In this document: piece after piece, positions 38,013-47,450 of the stretch
Position numbering within the stretch: the first letter of the stretch is position 1
Layout of the letters: the number at the start of each line of letters is the position of its first letter
NCBI GenBank assembly: GCA_040755755.1
Contig: JBFLZW010000031.1
Span: 64,561 to 128,560 of the forward strand
From: a bacterium
GTDB taxonomy: Bacteria > SZUA-182 > DTGQ01
Reading direction: 5' to 3'
DNA length: 64,000 nucleotides
Position numbers and translations under genes: made by a program
Notes under the pieces: model-generated
Databases searched by the model: none
Told to the model about the DNA's origin: nothing
The model's input: only the letters and a program-made list of their open reading frames with translations

Positions 38013-38816
38013 TCACGCCATATCCTTTTTTGCCTCTTCCCACAGCTCATCCATCTCCTGAAGAGACATTTCCTGAAGAACCTTTCCCCTCTCCCTGGCC
38101 TTTTTTTCAATGAGCTGAAAGCGGCATATGAACCGGGTGATAGACCGGCTTAACGCCCTGTCTGGATCGACCTTGATGAACCGGGCCATATTTACTAAGG
38201 CGAATAATATATCTCCTAACTCATCTTCCATCTCCTGGGTGTTTTTCCGAAAAAAAGCATCTTCAAATTCCGATATCTCCTCCCGGACCTTGTCAAGGAC
38301 CTGGTCCGCGTGCTCCCAATCGAATCCTGCTCTGGCTGCCTTCTCCTGAAGCCTGTGCGCCCGCAGAAGAGCCGGCAACTGCCGGGGGACTCCATCCAGT
38401 ACCGATTCTCTTGGTTTTTTCCCCTCAGACTGCTTGATCTGCTCCCATCTGGTCAGTACTTCCCGGCTGCTGGTCGCTGTTTCTTTACCGAATACATGAG
38501 GATGCCTGCGGATGAGTTTGGCACAGATAGTTTCAATTACCTCGACAATGGTAAACCTGTCCTCTTCGGCAGAAAGTTGAGCGAGGAAAATTATCTGAAA
38601 CAGCAAATCCCCCAATTCTTCCTTGAGATGATTACCATCATCCTCGTCAATCGCCTCCAGAACTTCGTAGCTTTCCTCGAGAAGGAGGGGTTTTACCGAA
38701 GCGAAGGTTTGCTCTTTATCCCAGACACAGCCATGCTCTCCCCGGAGTGTGGCCGCGATCTGAACCAGGCGGGTAAAAGCTTCGCCGACAGTATGCCGAT
38801 TCTTATCCTCGTGCAC
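38013..38816 (-). CDS. mazG: nucleoside triphosphate pyrophosphohydrolase MazG
   Basis: Tandem MazG domains (EELGDLLFQI..., EDELGDILFALV...). Confidence 0.85.
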   Translation of the reverse strand: MHEDKNRHTVGEAFTRLVQIAATLRGEHGCVWDKEQTFASVKPLLLEESYEVLEAIDEDDGNHLKEELGDLLFQIIFLAQLSAEEDRFTIVEVIETICAKLIRRHPHVFGKETATSSREVLTRWEQIKQSEGKKPRESVLDGVPRQLPALLRAHRLQEKAARAGFDWEHADQVLDKVREEISEFEDAFFRKNTQEMEDELGDILFALVNMARFIKVDPDRALSRSITRFICRFQLIEKKARERGKVLQEMSLQEMDELWEEAKKDMA

Positions 38817-38963
38817 CGTGCTGATGTGGTCTCCTTTACGATCTTTTTATTATGAGGGCAGTTGTCTGATTATTCTGTAATGGACGGTACCACCTAAATT
38901 ATATATCGATGCTCATTGGATTTTCAAATTAAATATGTCTCATTCTGCATTATTTTTTACCTC

Positions 38964-38992
38964 TTGACATTAAAAATGAATCTTGTTATTTT
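38964..38992 (+). promoter_or_regulatory. candidate sigma-70 promoter of hrcA-grpE (TTGACA-17-TATTTT)
   Basis: The -35 box is at 38964-38969, a 17 bp spacer follows, and the -10 box is at 38987-38992. CIRCE lies 10 bp downstream. Confidence 0.4.
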
Positions 38993-39002
38993 TATTCTGA
39001 TG

Positions 39003-39029
39003 TTAGCACTCTATTTAATAGAGTGCTAA
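39003..39029 (+). promoter_or_regulatory. CIRCE operator (TTAGCACTC-N9-GAGTGCTAA), HrcA binding site
   Basis: Perfect match to the CIRCE consensus, immediately upstream of hrcA. Confidence 0.9.
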
Positions 39030-40078
39030 TTTGCTATCATGGAGACATCGACGTGATTGAGGAACTTACTGAACGAGAAAAATTTATCCTTGAAGCAATT
39101 ATCAGGCAATATATCGGTATGGCTGAACCGATCGGTTCCCGGACCATTTCCAAAAAAATCAACCTGCCGCTCTCCCCGGCCACCATCCGTAATATTATGG
39201 CTGATCTGGAAGAGAAGGGATACCTTCAACACCCTCATACCTCTGCCGGGAGGATCCCGACGGATCAGGGCTATCGATATTATGTTGACAACCTTCTCAA
39301 ATCAAGTAGCCGGAAAAAGTCCAGAAAGACAGGGCTTGAGCCCCTGTCAAAAATTCATGAGCGGGAGGAGCTCATGGAAGGAGCCTGCCGGCTCTTATCC
39401 CTGCTGTCCAAATATGTCGGTATCGTCATTCCACCCAAGATCACTGACCTGCGGATGAAGCGCATGGATTTTATCCCCTTGAGCTCACACCGGATACTGG
39501 CGGTATTTGTATCTGAGACCGGCCTGGTGTACAACAAGATTATCGAGGCCAGGGAACCGTACACCGAGCGAGAGCTGAATATGATGAACCAGTTCATCAA
39601 TGAACGGTATCAGCATATGAATATCGTGCAAATCAGGGATAAACTCATGGAAGTAGTGTCCGAAGAGGGGAGACTGTACAAGAACCTGTTTGACAATATC
39701 AACCTCCTCAGTGAGGAAATCTCCAGAAGTCAGACAGACAGCCTCTATCTGCAGGGGCAGTCGAATATTCTGAAGCATCCAGAGTTTGCCGATGTCCAGA
39801 AGATCAGGGCGCTGTTCGATGCCTTCGAGGAAAAGATCAAGCTCATCCGGCTGCTGGATAAATGCATCGATTACGAGGGAGTAAGGGTTATCATCGGAGC
39901 GGAAAACGATAACCCTGATATTCAGGATTGCAGCATTGTCGCGGCACGCTACCAGATGGGAACCCTAGCCAGCGGCGTTATCGGCGTTATCGGGCCTACC
40001 AGGATGCGGTATCAGGAAGTTATCGAGCTGGTAGGCAGTGCAGCGAAAATCATCGATACGCTTTTCTCCGAAGAATAA
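39023..40078 (+). CDS. hrcA: heat-inducible transcription repressor HrcA (likely GTG start 39053 after GGAGA RBS)
   Basis: N-terminal winged helix (ILEAIIRQYIGMAEPIGSRTI...). 351 aa. The ORF's 5' end overlaps CIRCE. Confidence 0.9.
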   Translation: MLICYHGDIDVIEELTEREKFILEAIIRQYIGMAEPIGSRTISKKINLPLSPATIRNIMADLEEKGYLQHPHTSAGRIPTDQGYRYYVDNLLKSSSRKKSRKTGLEPLSKIHEREELMEGACRLLSLLSKYVGIVIPPKITDLRMKRMDFIPLSSHRILAVFVSETGLVYNKIIEAREPYTERELNMMNQFINERYQHMNIVQIRDKLMEVVSEEGRLYKNLFDNINLLSEEISRSQTDSLYLQGQSNILKHPEFADVQKIRALFDAFEEKIKLIRLLDKCIDYEGVRVIIGAENDNPDIQDCSIVAARYQMGTLASGVIGVIGPTRMRYQEVIELVGSAAKIIDTLFSEE

Positions 40079-40137
40079 CAGATTATCAATCCATATGAAT
40101 TCAAAAGAACATCAGTAATAACAGGAGGAATTATCTT

Positions 40138-40695
40138 TTGGCTGAACCAGAAATACAATCAGCCCAGGCCGATGATCAGCAGGAAGCGCTGAGTGCACTT
40201 CATCAGGAACTCAATAACCTGAAGCGGCAGCTCGAACACTGTCAAAGTGCGCTCCAGAAGGAAAAGGAAATAAATAGAGAGCTTTCCGATAAGTCGTTGC
40301 GCCTTCAGGCGGAGTTTGAGAATTTTCGCCAGCGGATGCAGAAAGAAAAATCTGATTTCATGCGGTATGCACTCGAAAACCTCTTCAAAAATCTCCTGCC
40401 CCTGATCGATAACTTCGAGTTGGCCCTGGAATCGGCTGAAAAATCCTCGTGCTTCGAGGGGCTTTCCGAAGGAGTGAAACTTATTCACAGCCAGTTCCTG
40501 GATACTCTCCAGAAAGAGGGCCTGACCCGCTTTTCCTCTCTCGGCGAGCTCTTTGATCCCCGAAAGCATGAGGCTGTTATCCAGGTAGACTCTGACGGTC
40601 ATGGTGAAAATACCGTCGTAGAAGAATTCAAGAAGGGATATTGCCTCCATGACCGGCTTTTACGGCCCGCTCTGGTGGCCGTTGTTAAGGGCTGA
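40138..40695 (+). CDS. grpE: nucleotide exchange factor GrpE
   Basis: Coiled-coil N-terminus and a C-terminal beta domain (...NFRKR..., GY.L.DRLLRPA). Confidence 0.9.
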   Translation: MAEPEIQSAQADDQQEALSALHQELNNLKRQLEHCQSALQKEKEINRELSDKSLRLQAEFENFRQRMQKEKSDFMRYALENLFKNLLPLIDNFELALESAEKSSCFEGLSEGVKLIHSQFLDTLQKEGLTRFSSLGELFDPRKHEAVIQVDSDGHGENTVVEEFKKGYCLHDRLLRPALVAVVKG

Positions 40696-41503
40696 CCCCT
40701 TAACCCATGAAAAAATGCCCAAATTTTTTATACTCCCGAAGGATATTTCCTCCGATCAGGCAATTATCAGAGGTGGTGACGCCCATCACATCCGCCGTGT
40801 TCTCCGCTTGAAGGCGAACGATGAGATAACGATCAATTGTCAGGGCAGAGACCTCCTGGCCCGGATTGAAACCATCTCTCCCTCCGAGGTCCGGCTTCGG
40901 ATCATGGAGCATCTTCCCTCCCCCTTCCAGAACAAAAATTCCCTCGTCCTGGTCCAGGGGATTCCCAAGCACTCGACCATGGACCTGATCCTCCAGAAAT
41001 CCACCGAGCTCGGAGTTGAGGAAATCATGCCCCTGGCCTCAAGCCGCAGCTTCGTCAATGAACAAAGGACAGTATCTGAAGGAAGGTGGCAGCGATGGCA
41101 AAAAATCTGCCAGGAGGCTGCCAAGCAATGCGGCCGAAGCACGGTTCCCAAGCTCCATCATCCGCTCGACCTTCCCGCCGTGTGCAGCCAGGTGGTCAAA
41201 GAGAACCGCATTCTTCCCCTGCTCCTGTGGGAGAAAGCCCAGCAGAGCCCCCTGAAATCCATCCTGGCTGGGAGGAGAAGAGTACACGGCAGAGAAGAAG
41301 AGGAAGATAGAGAATCAGGGACCAGAGAAGGAAATAAAATCTTTATCCTGGTTGGACCGGAAGGGAGCTTTTCCGGGGATGAAATTCAAATGGCCATACA
41401 GGCCGGGTTCATCCCCGTATCCTGTGCTCCCTGGATACTTCGGGCCGAGACTGCTGCCCTCTATGCACTATCCATTATTCAGTACGAGTTCAATTTCCCA
41501 TAG
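40649..41503 (+). CDS. rsmE: 16S rRNA (uracil1498-N3)-methyltransferase RsmE (probable start 40715, MPKFF...)
   Basis: PUA-like N-terminus and SPOUT C-terminus (ILVGPEGSFSGDEIQ). It contains an acidic insertion (GREEEEDRESG). Confidence 0.75.
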   Translation: MTGFYGPLWWPLLRADPLTHEKMPKFFILPKDISSDQAIIRGGDAHHIRRVLRLKANDEITINCQGRDLLARIETISPSEVRLRIMEHLPSPFQNKNSLVLVQGIPKHSTMDLILQKSTELGVEEIMPLASSRSFVNEQRTVSEGRWQRWQKICQEAAKQCGRSTVPKLHHPLDLPAVCSQVVKENRILPLLLWEKAQQSPLKSILAGRRRVHGREEEEDRESGTREGNKIFILVGPEGSFSGDEIQMAIQAGFIPVSCAPWILRAETAALYALSIIQYEFNFP

Positions 41504-41561
41504 GCACCCCGGGATGAGCCGGATATGCAGGGTATGCAGAGCGCGCTGAAGCCGCCTTCTT

Positions 41562-41590
41562 TCTCCCTCGCCCCTTCGGGGAGAGGGCCG
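41562..41590. repeat. REP-like imperfect hairpin with UUCG loop (ctccctcgcccc-ttcg-gggagagggcc)
   Basis: Read directly from the sequence. Overlapping ORFs 41479..41750 are translations of this repeat. Confidence 0.4.
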
Positions 41591-41673
41591 GGGTGAGGGG
41601 CTTTCTCGGTACGTAGCCTAAAGCTATTGACATTGCCCACTGGGGCTCCCTGCAGGCTGCCCACACAAGGGGC

Positions 41674-41701
41674 AAGGGCAGGCACATGAATGCCTGCCCT
41701 T
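41674..41701. repeat. perfect 11-bp stem hairpin (aagggcaggca-catgaa-tgcctgccctt)
   Basis: Read directly from the sequence. It lies between rsmE (+) and the Y/T-rich gene (-). No U-tract on either strand. Confidence 0.45.
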
Positions 41702-41739
41702 CCAGGTGATAAAAATCATTACCCCCACATTGGCGCAGA

Positions 41740-42165
41740 TTAGATTCCAAGTGCCAGCAGGGTAGTGGTAGATGTGCTTCCTCCCAGGAGAAGAGCAGTA
41801 GCTATACCGATACTGGTAGAACTGGTGGTGTAGGTTGGATAGGAGTAAGTAGGTGTTGGAGTGGGCGTAGAATAGGTAGTATAGGGAGTATAGCTCGTAT
41901 AGGGAGTAGTGCTGTAAAGAGTGGTGGAGGAAGTGGGAAGTACGCCTAACAGGGCAAGTGTGGTCAATAGTGCCTGAGCACCCCGGTAAGGAATAAGCTC
42001 TGGAGGAACGGGAACATAGGGAGAATACCCAAAGGGGCTGTAAACATAGGTATAATAGGGACCGGAAGCACTGTAGTAGGCATCGGCAGTGGATACAAAA
42101 GCCGGGGAGGATATTAACACTACCATAAAAAGCCACAAAGCTGCTTTTCCAATTTTTGCTCTCAT
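41740..42165 (-). CDS. secreted low-complexity Tyr/Thr/Ser/Pro-rich protein (signal peptide; unknown function)
   Basis: N-terminal signal peptide MRAKIGKAALWLFMVVLISSPAFVSTADA|YY. The mature part is dominated by Y, T, S and P (YSPY, TPYTSYTPYTTYSTPTPTPTYSYPTYTT) with two hydrophobic stretches. Internal DNA repeats are present. Confidence 0.45.
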   Translation of the reverse strand: MRAKIGKAALWLFMVVLISSPAFVSTADAYYSASGPYYTYVYSPFGYSPYVPVPPELIPYRGAQALLTTLALLGVLPTSSTTLYSTTPYTSYTPYTTYSTPTPTPTYSYPTYTTSSTSIGIATALLLGGSTSTTTLLALGI

Positions 42166-42714
42166 TGCGTTTCCCTTTCATAATCTTGAAGCTTTCCGAT
42201 TTGTTTTCTCATAAACCCTGACCTGCTTACCACGGGCAAAGCATAATAGCCATCTCTCACCCCCTTTGTGAACTCAGTGCGAACACTCTTCTCGCCGGAA
42301 AAATGAGAAAAACAGATGCATGAAAATAGCTGGAGAAGAAGTCGCTTAATTAAAGAGATTGTTAAAAAAGGCTGGGGAACTGGGGAGAAATAATTATTGT
42401 ATCGTATGAGCCGTTGAATGAATGAAAATATGTGTCTATTATATTGAGACGAATTTTTTTCGATTTCGTTATGGAACGGCCTTTGTTTAATTGAGAGGCT
42501 ATCTGAAAATCTCCCTCCAGATGAAGAACTGTACCTGCCGTCATCGAGAAGCTGGAGAAAAAGGTTAAAAACATCCGGCCTCAATGTCCTTTTTCCATTT
42601 CATCCAGTAAAATAACGCTGTAGGACCTAACAGTTTTAACTTATACTGAAATATGTTAAGGATTAATCTATTAATATATAATTAATCGTGGGCACATCTC
42701 CTTCCAGAATCAAA

Positions 42715-42750
42715 TTGACATTTATGCATAAATGATGCATACTTGTGCAT
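42715..42750 (+). promoter_or_regulatory. vapBC promoter with three TGCATA repeats at ~10-11 bp spacing (candidate antitoxin operator)
   Basis: TTGACA at 42715-42720. TGCATA at 42725, 42736 and 42746 overlaps the -10 region and the start codon. Confidence 0.4.
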
Positions 42751-42948
42751 ATGAGGACGACATTAAACATTGATGACAAAATTTTAGAGAAGGCTTCACT
42801 GTTAACAGGTGTAAAGGAAAAGACAGCCTTAGTGCGTCTTGGATTAGAGGCCCTTATAGCTCGTGAAAGCAGTAAGCGACTCGCAAGGCTGGGTGGCTCT
42901 GAAAAGAATCTTCGGCCTATTCCAAGACGAAGGTTTAAAGAATCATAA
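42745..42948 (+). CDS. vapB: type II antitoxin VapB (Rv0623/DUF2191-like)
   Basis: MRTTLNIDDKILEKA...TALVRLGLEALIARES pattern. Sits 2 bp upstream of the PIN gene. Confidence 0.7.
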   Translation: MHMRTTLNIDDKILEKASLLTGVKEKTALVRLGLEALIARESSKRLARLGGSEKNLRPIPRRRFKES

Positions 42949-42950
42949 TC

Positions 42951-43328
42951 ATGGTTATCGTCGATACTTCTCTTTGGGTTACCCACCTGAGAGAAGGCAA
43001 CAACCACCTTGAAGAATTGCTGCTGAATGGAGAAGTACTCTGTCATCCCTTCATCGTCGGTGAATTGGCGTGTGGGAACATCAAAAACAGAGTTGAATTA
43101 CTGACGCTTCTTCAATCACTTGAGATGGCTCCAACTGTCACCTTGGATGAACTATTGTATTTTATTGAGCGAAATAGATTAATGGGCAAAGGGGTCGGTT
43201 TTGTTGATGCACACCTATTAGCCTCAGCCCAATTAGCGGAAGTGCCCTTATGGACTTCTGATAAGAGATTGAAATCATCGGCAATTGACCTTAAAGTCGC
43301 CTATAAAGACGGGGCTGTTATATTCTGA
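42951..43328 (+). CDS. vapC: PIN-domain toxin VapC
   Basis: MVIVDTSLWV (Asp5), ...FIVGEL..., FVDAHLLA and WTSD acidic residues. 125 aa. Confidence 0.85.
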   Translation: MVIVDTSLWVTHLREGNNHLEELLLNGEVLCHPFIVGELACGNIKNRVELLTLLQSLEMAPTVTLDELLYFIERNRLMGKGVGFVDAHLLASAQLAEVPLWTSDKRLKSSAIDLKVAYKDGAVIF

Positions 43329-43368
43329 AGGGCGAAATGTAACCCTGTCCCCCTTACCCCCTTCAGCC

Positions 43369-44334
43369 TTAATGTTTCCAGAGCTTCTTCAAAATGGAAA
43401 GCGGGCCTTTGGTGTCTTTATTCTCAGGGGCATCCTTGTGCTGGTGTCCTTCCCCTTTTTGATCGGAGGAAGGGGAACCCGGACGCTCATTGGAGGAGGG
43501 CTTTGGTATTTCAGCCAGGCGGCCGCTGCCCAGAAAGCGAAACAGGGGCCCCAAGGGGCCGAGGGACAGCTCATCGCCGGGATTGAGCGGTGACTGAAGG
43601 TCGATGGGCTGCCGGTTGACCATAATCAATCGTTGTCCCGTGAGGTCCTTGACCCAGTAGCGATCCTGACTGTAGAAGACCTGGACATGCTGACCCTGGA
43701 TACCAGGATGGTCAAGCTGAAAATCGCAGCTTGCCTCTTTTCCCATGGTAACCGGCACCGCTTTGTATGAGCGCAGCGTAGGGCCATACTGGATAATGAG
43801 GGGGACTCTCACGTTGTGCACCACGACTTTGCCTGCTGCCTCGACAGGCTCAGGATGAAGGGGTGGGGGTTCGGGCTGGAGGAAGGGGTGCTCAGGCTCC
43901 AGCCGGGAAGATGAATCCGGTTCACTCTCCGGGGGATGATGCGGCGGTGAAGGCAGGGGGCCGCTTTGCTGCGGAGCCGGGAGAACGCTTTCTTTCCCGG
44001 CTTGGTTTTCCTGAATCTGGGTCAGGAAGCTGACCTTTGGCCCGCCTTCGGCAAAAGACAACACGTCTCCGTTCTTCAGGTACGCCTCTTCAACCACTCT
44101 CTTGCCGTTGACAAAGGTGCCATTGGTGCTGTGGTCTACCAATTTAAAGCGATTTCCGTCTCGGACTATTTCGGCATGGTTGCGGGAAATTATGGTCAGA
44201 TCCGCCGGGAACTTCAAATGACATGACTGGTGGCGGCCAATGGCAATCCTGGCTTCGGAAAACTCCTGAATTTCGCCCTTGAGAGGCCCTTGAATATGAA
44301 CGAGTTGAACGGTAATAACCGGCTGTTGCTTCAT
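43369..44334 (-). CDS. protein with two FHA domains separated by a Pro-rich linker
   Basis: FHA 1 reads ...ARIAIGRHQSCHLKF...SRNHAEIV...GSTNGTFVNGKRV. FHA 2 reads ...VTMGKEASCDFQL...QHVQVF...DLTGQRLIMVN. Confidence 0.85.
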   Translation of the reverse strand: MKQQPVITVQLVHIQGPLKGEIQEFSEARIAIGRHQSCHLKFPADLTIISRNHAEIVRDGNRFKLVDHSTNGTFVNGKRVVEEAYLKNGDVLSFAEGGPKVSFLTQIQENQAGKESVLPAPQQSGPLPSPPHHPPESEPDSSSRLEPEHPFLQPEPPPLHPEPVEAAGKVVVHNVRVPLIIQYGPTLRSYKAVPVTMGKEASCDFQLDHPGIQGQHVQVFYSQDRYWVKDLTGQRLIMVNRQPIDLQSPLNPGDELSLGPLGPLFRFLGSGRLAEIPKPSSNERPGSPSSDQKGEGHQHKDAPENKDTKGPLSILKKLWKH

Positions 44335-44521
44335 TGGGAATAAAAATTATCTGATGGTAAATGGTTTATCATCCTGTTTGCAGTCCAGAACTCAATTATA
44401 GCCTGAATCTCGCATTTCTTGCAAGAAAATAATTATTTACAACCTGCCATAAGTTTACTAAAATAGGATTGACTTTTAACCTTTCTCATGAGAGGATCTA
44501 TAACCACCAAATTGAAAGGCG

Positions 44522-45250
44522 ATGCCTATGACAGTCTCATTTGGACAATCAGATCCTGGCCTCAGACGCTCGAATAATGAAGATGCTTTCATCATCATAT
44601 CCGAAGCGGACCTTCTGGCAGTGGCCGATGGAATGGGCGGGGCAGCGGCTGGTGAGGTGGCCAGCCGGATATTTATTGAATCCGCCTCGGCACTTTCCGG
44701 CGGTGCGAAGTGTCAATCCGAGCAGGAAGCCCTTGTCAGGGTCCAGGATATCTTCAGATCAGCCAATGAAAAAATTATTAACCATGCCAGGCAGAACCCT
44801 CAGTGCCGGGGAATGGGGTGTACCGCCGAAGTCATTGTCTTCACCAGCCAGGGTTATGTTCTTGGCCATGTAGGAGACAGCCGCACCTATCTGCTGCGAG
44901 CGGGACAACTGAAACGATTGACGCATGATCACTCTGTGGTCCAGGAGCAGATCGACCAGGGCCTCATCACGCCAGAGGATGCCAGAAAACATCCCCTCAA
45001 AAGTGTTATCCTCAGAGCTGTAGGTGTCAACGAACAGTTGGCCCTTGACCTGATACGGGATAAAACCGTTCCCGGCGACCTTTTTCTCCTCTGCTCCGAC
45101 GGTCTGACAGATATGATTGACGATTCCTTCATCAAGGATATCCTTTCCCGTCCCCTGACTCTTTCTCAAAAGGGAACCCAGTTAATCGAGGCTGCCAAAT
45201 CAGCCGGGGGGTATGACAACGTAACGGTAGTTCTCGGTGAAGTAAAGTGA
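44522..45250 (+). CDS. PP2C-family Ser/Thr protein phosphatase
   Basis: DAFIIISEADLLAVADGMGGAAAGEVAS and ...LLCSDGLTD metal-binding motifs. Confidence 0.9.
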   Translation: MPMTVSFGQSDPGLRRSNNEDAFIIISEADLLAVADGMGGAAAGEVASRIFIESASALSGGAKCQSEQEALVRVQDIFRSANEKIINHARQNPQCRGMGCTAEVIVFTSQGYVLGHVGDSRTYLLRAGQLKRLTHDHSVVQEQIDQGLITPEDARKHPLKSVILRAVGVNEQLALDLIRDKTVPGDLFLLCSDGLTDMIDDSFIKDILSRPLTLSQKGTQLIEAAKSAGGYDNVTVVLGEVK

Positions 45251-46204
45251 TTGACCATGAGCAAGTTCACTCGGGCGTGGATGGTCCTGGCCGTTGCCGC
45301 TGTCACGGTTTTTCTGCTGTTTGCGTTTGCCGGGGCTGGAAGCGCGGACGTGGAGTTCAGATCGTATCCTTTTCCTCTGCCGGAGGTGGAGGATGTCATT
45401 TCACGATGGCTGCACAGCAACGGCTTTGAGATCGTCCGTGCTTGCCGGGAAGGGGGCCAGGTCCACCTGGGAGCGATGAAAGAAGGCGAGCGCTGGCAGA
45501 TCATGCTCAAGCCCCGCTCTCCCCTGGCCTCGGAGGTCCAGGCCGAATACTTCCGGCAGGGGCAGCCCGATCAGGCGCTCCAGAAAGAACTATGGGCCCA
45601 TCTGCAAAGATATGCCCGGAATCCTGCTGCCGAACAAGAGGATTACGGTGTCCCCTCCCCGGTTTTGGCCCACAGTGAATCGGTGGTCTGCATCAAAGCC
45701 GAGCGGGGAGGAAAACCGATTCAGTTCTCCGGTTTCATTATTGACCGGGAGGGGTTAATATTAGGAACAGCCCATGACCTTGAAGGGATCCAGGAGGTCA
45801 GGGTTATTCTCGATAACGGCCATGAGCTGAACGGACAACTATGCAGGGCCGATCATGACCGGGATTTGGCTCTTATTGCCGTCAAGACCAGGTTCGATGC
45901 CTGCATTTCTCTTTCCCGGGGACGAAACCTCCTGAGCATGGGTGAAAAGGTGTTTTCGATCGGATGTCCCGTCAATCTGCAGGGAACGGTCCATGCCGGT
46001 TTCATCGACGGCCCTCCGAGGAAGGTGAATACTCTGCTCCTGTGGCAGGTGAATATGGAAGTCCTGCCGGGAAGCAGCGGCAGCCCGGTGTTTGATACCC
46101 AGGGAAACGTGGTGGCTGTTGTCAAGGGCAGATACCGCGGCACGGATTCAGTGGGCTTTCTGATCCCAATGGAGACGATCAGAGAATTTATGGGACAAAA
46201 ATAG
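45251..46204 (+). CDS. membrane-anchored trypsin-like serine protease domain protein
   Basis: N-terminal transmembrane segment. His (TAHDL), Asp (DLALI) and Ser (GSSGSPV) triad. No PDZ domain. Confidence 0.7.
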   Translation: MTMSKFTRAWMVLAVAAVTVFLLFAFAGAGSADVEFRSYPFPLPEVEDVISRWLHSNGFEIVRACREGGQVHLGAMKEGERWQIMLKPRSPLASEVQAEYFRQGQPDQALQKELWAHLQRYARNPAAEQEDYGVPSPVLAHSESVVCIKAERGGKPIQFSGFIIDREGLILGTAHDLEGIQEVRVILDNGHELNGQLCRADHDRDLALIAVKTRFDACISLSRGRNLLSMGEKVFSIGCPVNLQGTVHAGFIDGPPRKVNTLLLWQVNMEVLPGSSGSPVFDTQGNVVAVVKGRYRGTDSVGFLIPMETIREFMGQK

Positions 46205-46217
46205 GACGGAAGTTAGC

Positions 46218-47450
46218 ATGTTATTACAGTATGGACGGTATCAGATCGAAAATGAGCTTGGCAAGGGAGCTATGGGGGTGGTCTACCGGGCCCATGATCC
46301 CCGGATTGACCGGTCAGTCGCTTTGAAGGTCCTGCGTCCGGACCGGGTCACCAACGAGGATTTCGTCCAGCGGTTCCTCAAGGAGGCTAAAGCGATTGGC
46401 AGGCTTTCGCATCCCAATATCGTTACTGTCTATGACGTCGGGCAGGATCAGGACACGATCTTTATTGCCATGGAATTTCTCGATGGCAAACCTCTTCATA
46501 CGATCTTGCAGGAAGCAAAACCGGATATTGGCACCATCGTCGATCTTGGCATCCAGGTAGCCTGTGCCCTCGATTATGCCCACCAGAAGGGAATCGTTCA
46601 CCGGGATATCAAGCCCGGCAATATTATTGTCCAGCCCGATGGCCGGGTGAAAATAACCGACTTCGGAATTGCCCATATCGAAGATTCCTCGGCCACGCAG
46701 CAGACCAGGGCGGGAGAGATTCTCGGCAGCCCGGCTTATATGTCCCCCGAACAGGTGATGGGCCAGCCGGTGGACGGACGCTCAGATCTGTATTCGCTGG
46801 GCGTTGTCCTCTACGAGCTGTGCGCCGGGAAGCGGCCCTTCCAGGAAGATAACCTGGCCGCTCTTTTCAGGGCCATTACTCAGGATAATCCCCCTGAACT
46901 GTCAGCTCTCGACCCGGCAATCCCCCCCCTGCTTTCGCAGACAATCGTAAAGTGCCTGAGCAAGCAGCCGGAGAAACGCTTTCAGACCGGCCTTGCCCTG
47001 GCCGATGCCCTGAAGACCTGCCTGAAGAAGACAAAAGCCGCCCCGACCGGACAGGATCGGCCAAAGGGCAGGTTCCTGGTGCTCCTGATCGCGGTTTTCC
47101 TGATCAGTATCACGGCGGGGATTTTGGTCTATTTCTTCGGCTCAGCCAGGGATGATCGTCTTCCTCCTCCTTCTCCTCCTCCGTCGGTTACGGAGCAGCA
47201 ACCGCCGCCGACTGGAGAAGCGCCTCCGGTGATTGCTTTTCTCAAGGTCGAAAGTACGCCCGTCGGTGCCCAGATTTTCGTGGATGGAACCCTGCACGGG
47301 AAAACGCCTGCCCGGCTTGAGCTTGCGCCCGGAAAACATGAGGTCCGGCTGACTTTGCCCGCTTATTTTGACTGGGAAGCCCAGGTTCAGTTACCCGAAA
47401 AGGTCGAGACCCCTCTCCTGGTCCGGCTGATGCCGACCGAGGAGGAGTAG
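46218..47450 (+). CDS. Hanks-type Ser/Thr protein kinase with C-terminal TM and PEGA domain
   Basis: GKGAMGVVY, VALK, HRDIKPGNI, DFG and SPE motifs, then a transmembrane segment and a PEGA domain (VESTPVGAQIFVDGTLHGKTP). Confidence 0.9.
   Translation: MLLQYGRYQIENELGKGAMGVVYRAHDPRIDRSVALKVLRPDRVTNEDFVQRFLKEAKAIGRLSHPNIVTVYDVGQDQDTIFIAMEFLDGKPLHTILQEAKPDIGTIVDLGIQVACALDYAHQKGIVHRDIKPGNIIVQPDGRVKITDFGIAHIEDSSATQQTRAGEILGSPAYMSPEQVMGQPVDGRSDLYSLGVVLYELCAGKRPFQEDNLAALFRAITQDNPPELSALDPAIPPLLSQTIVKCLSKQPEKRFQTGLALADALKTCLKKTKAAPTGQDRPKGRFLVLLIAVFLISITAGILVYFFGSARDDRLPPPSPPPSVTEQQPPPTGEAPPVIAFLKVESTPVGAQIFVDGTLHGKTPARLELAPGKHEVRLTLPAYFDWEAQVQLPEKVETPLLVRLMPTEEE

Noticed and set aside
41479-42181. 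ORFs 41479..41685, 41490..41750 and 41624..42181
   Set aside because: These are translations of REP-like hairpins or are overlapping out-of-frame readings of the Y/T-rich gene. Their composition reflects the repeat DNA.
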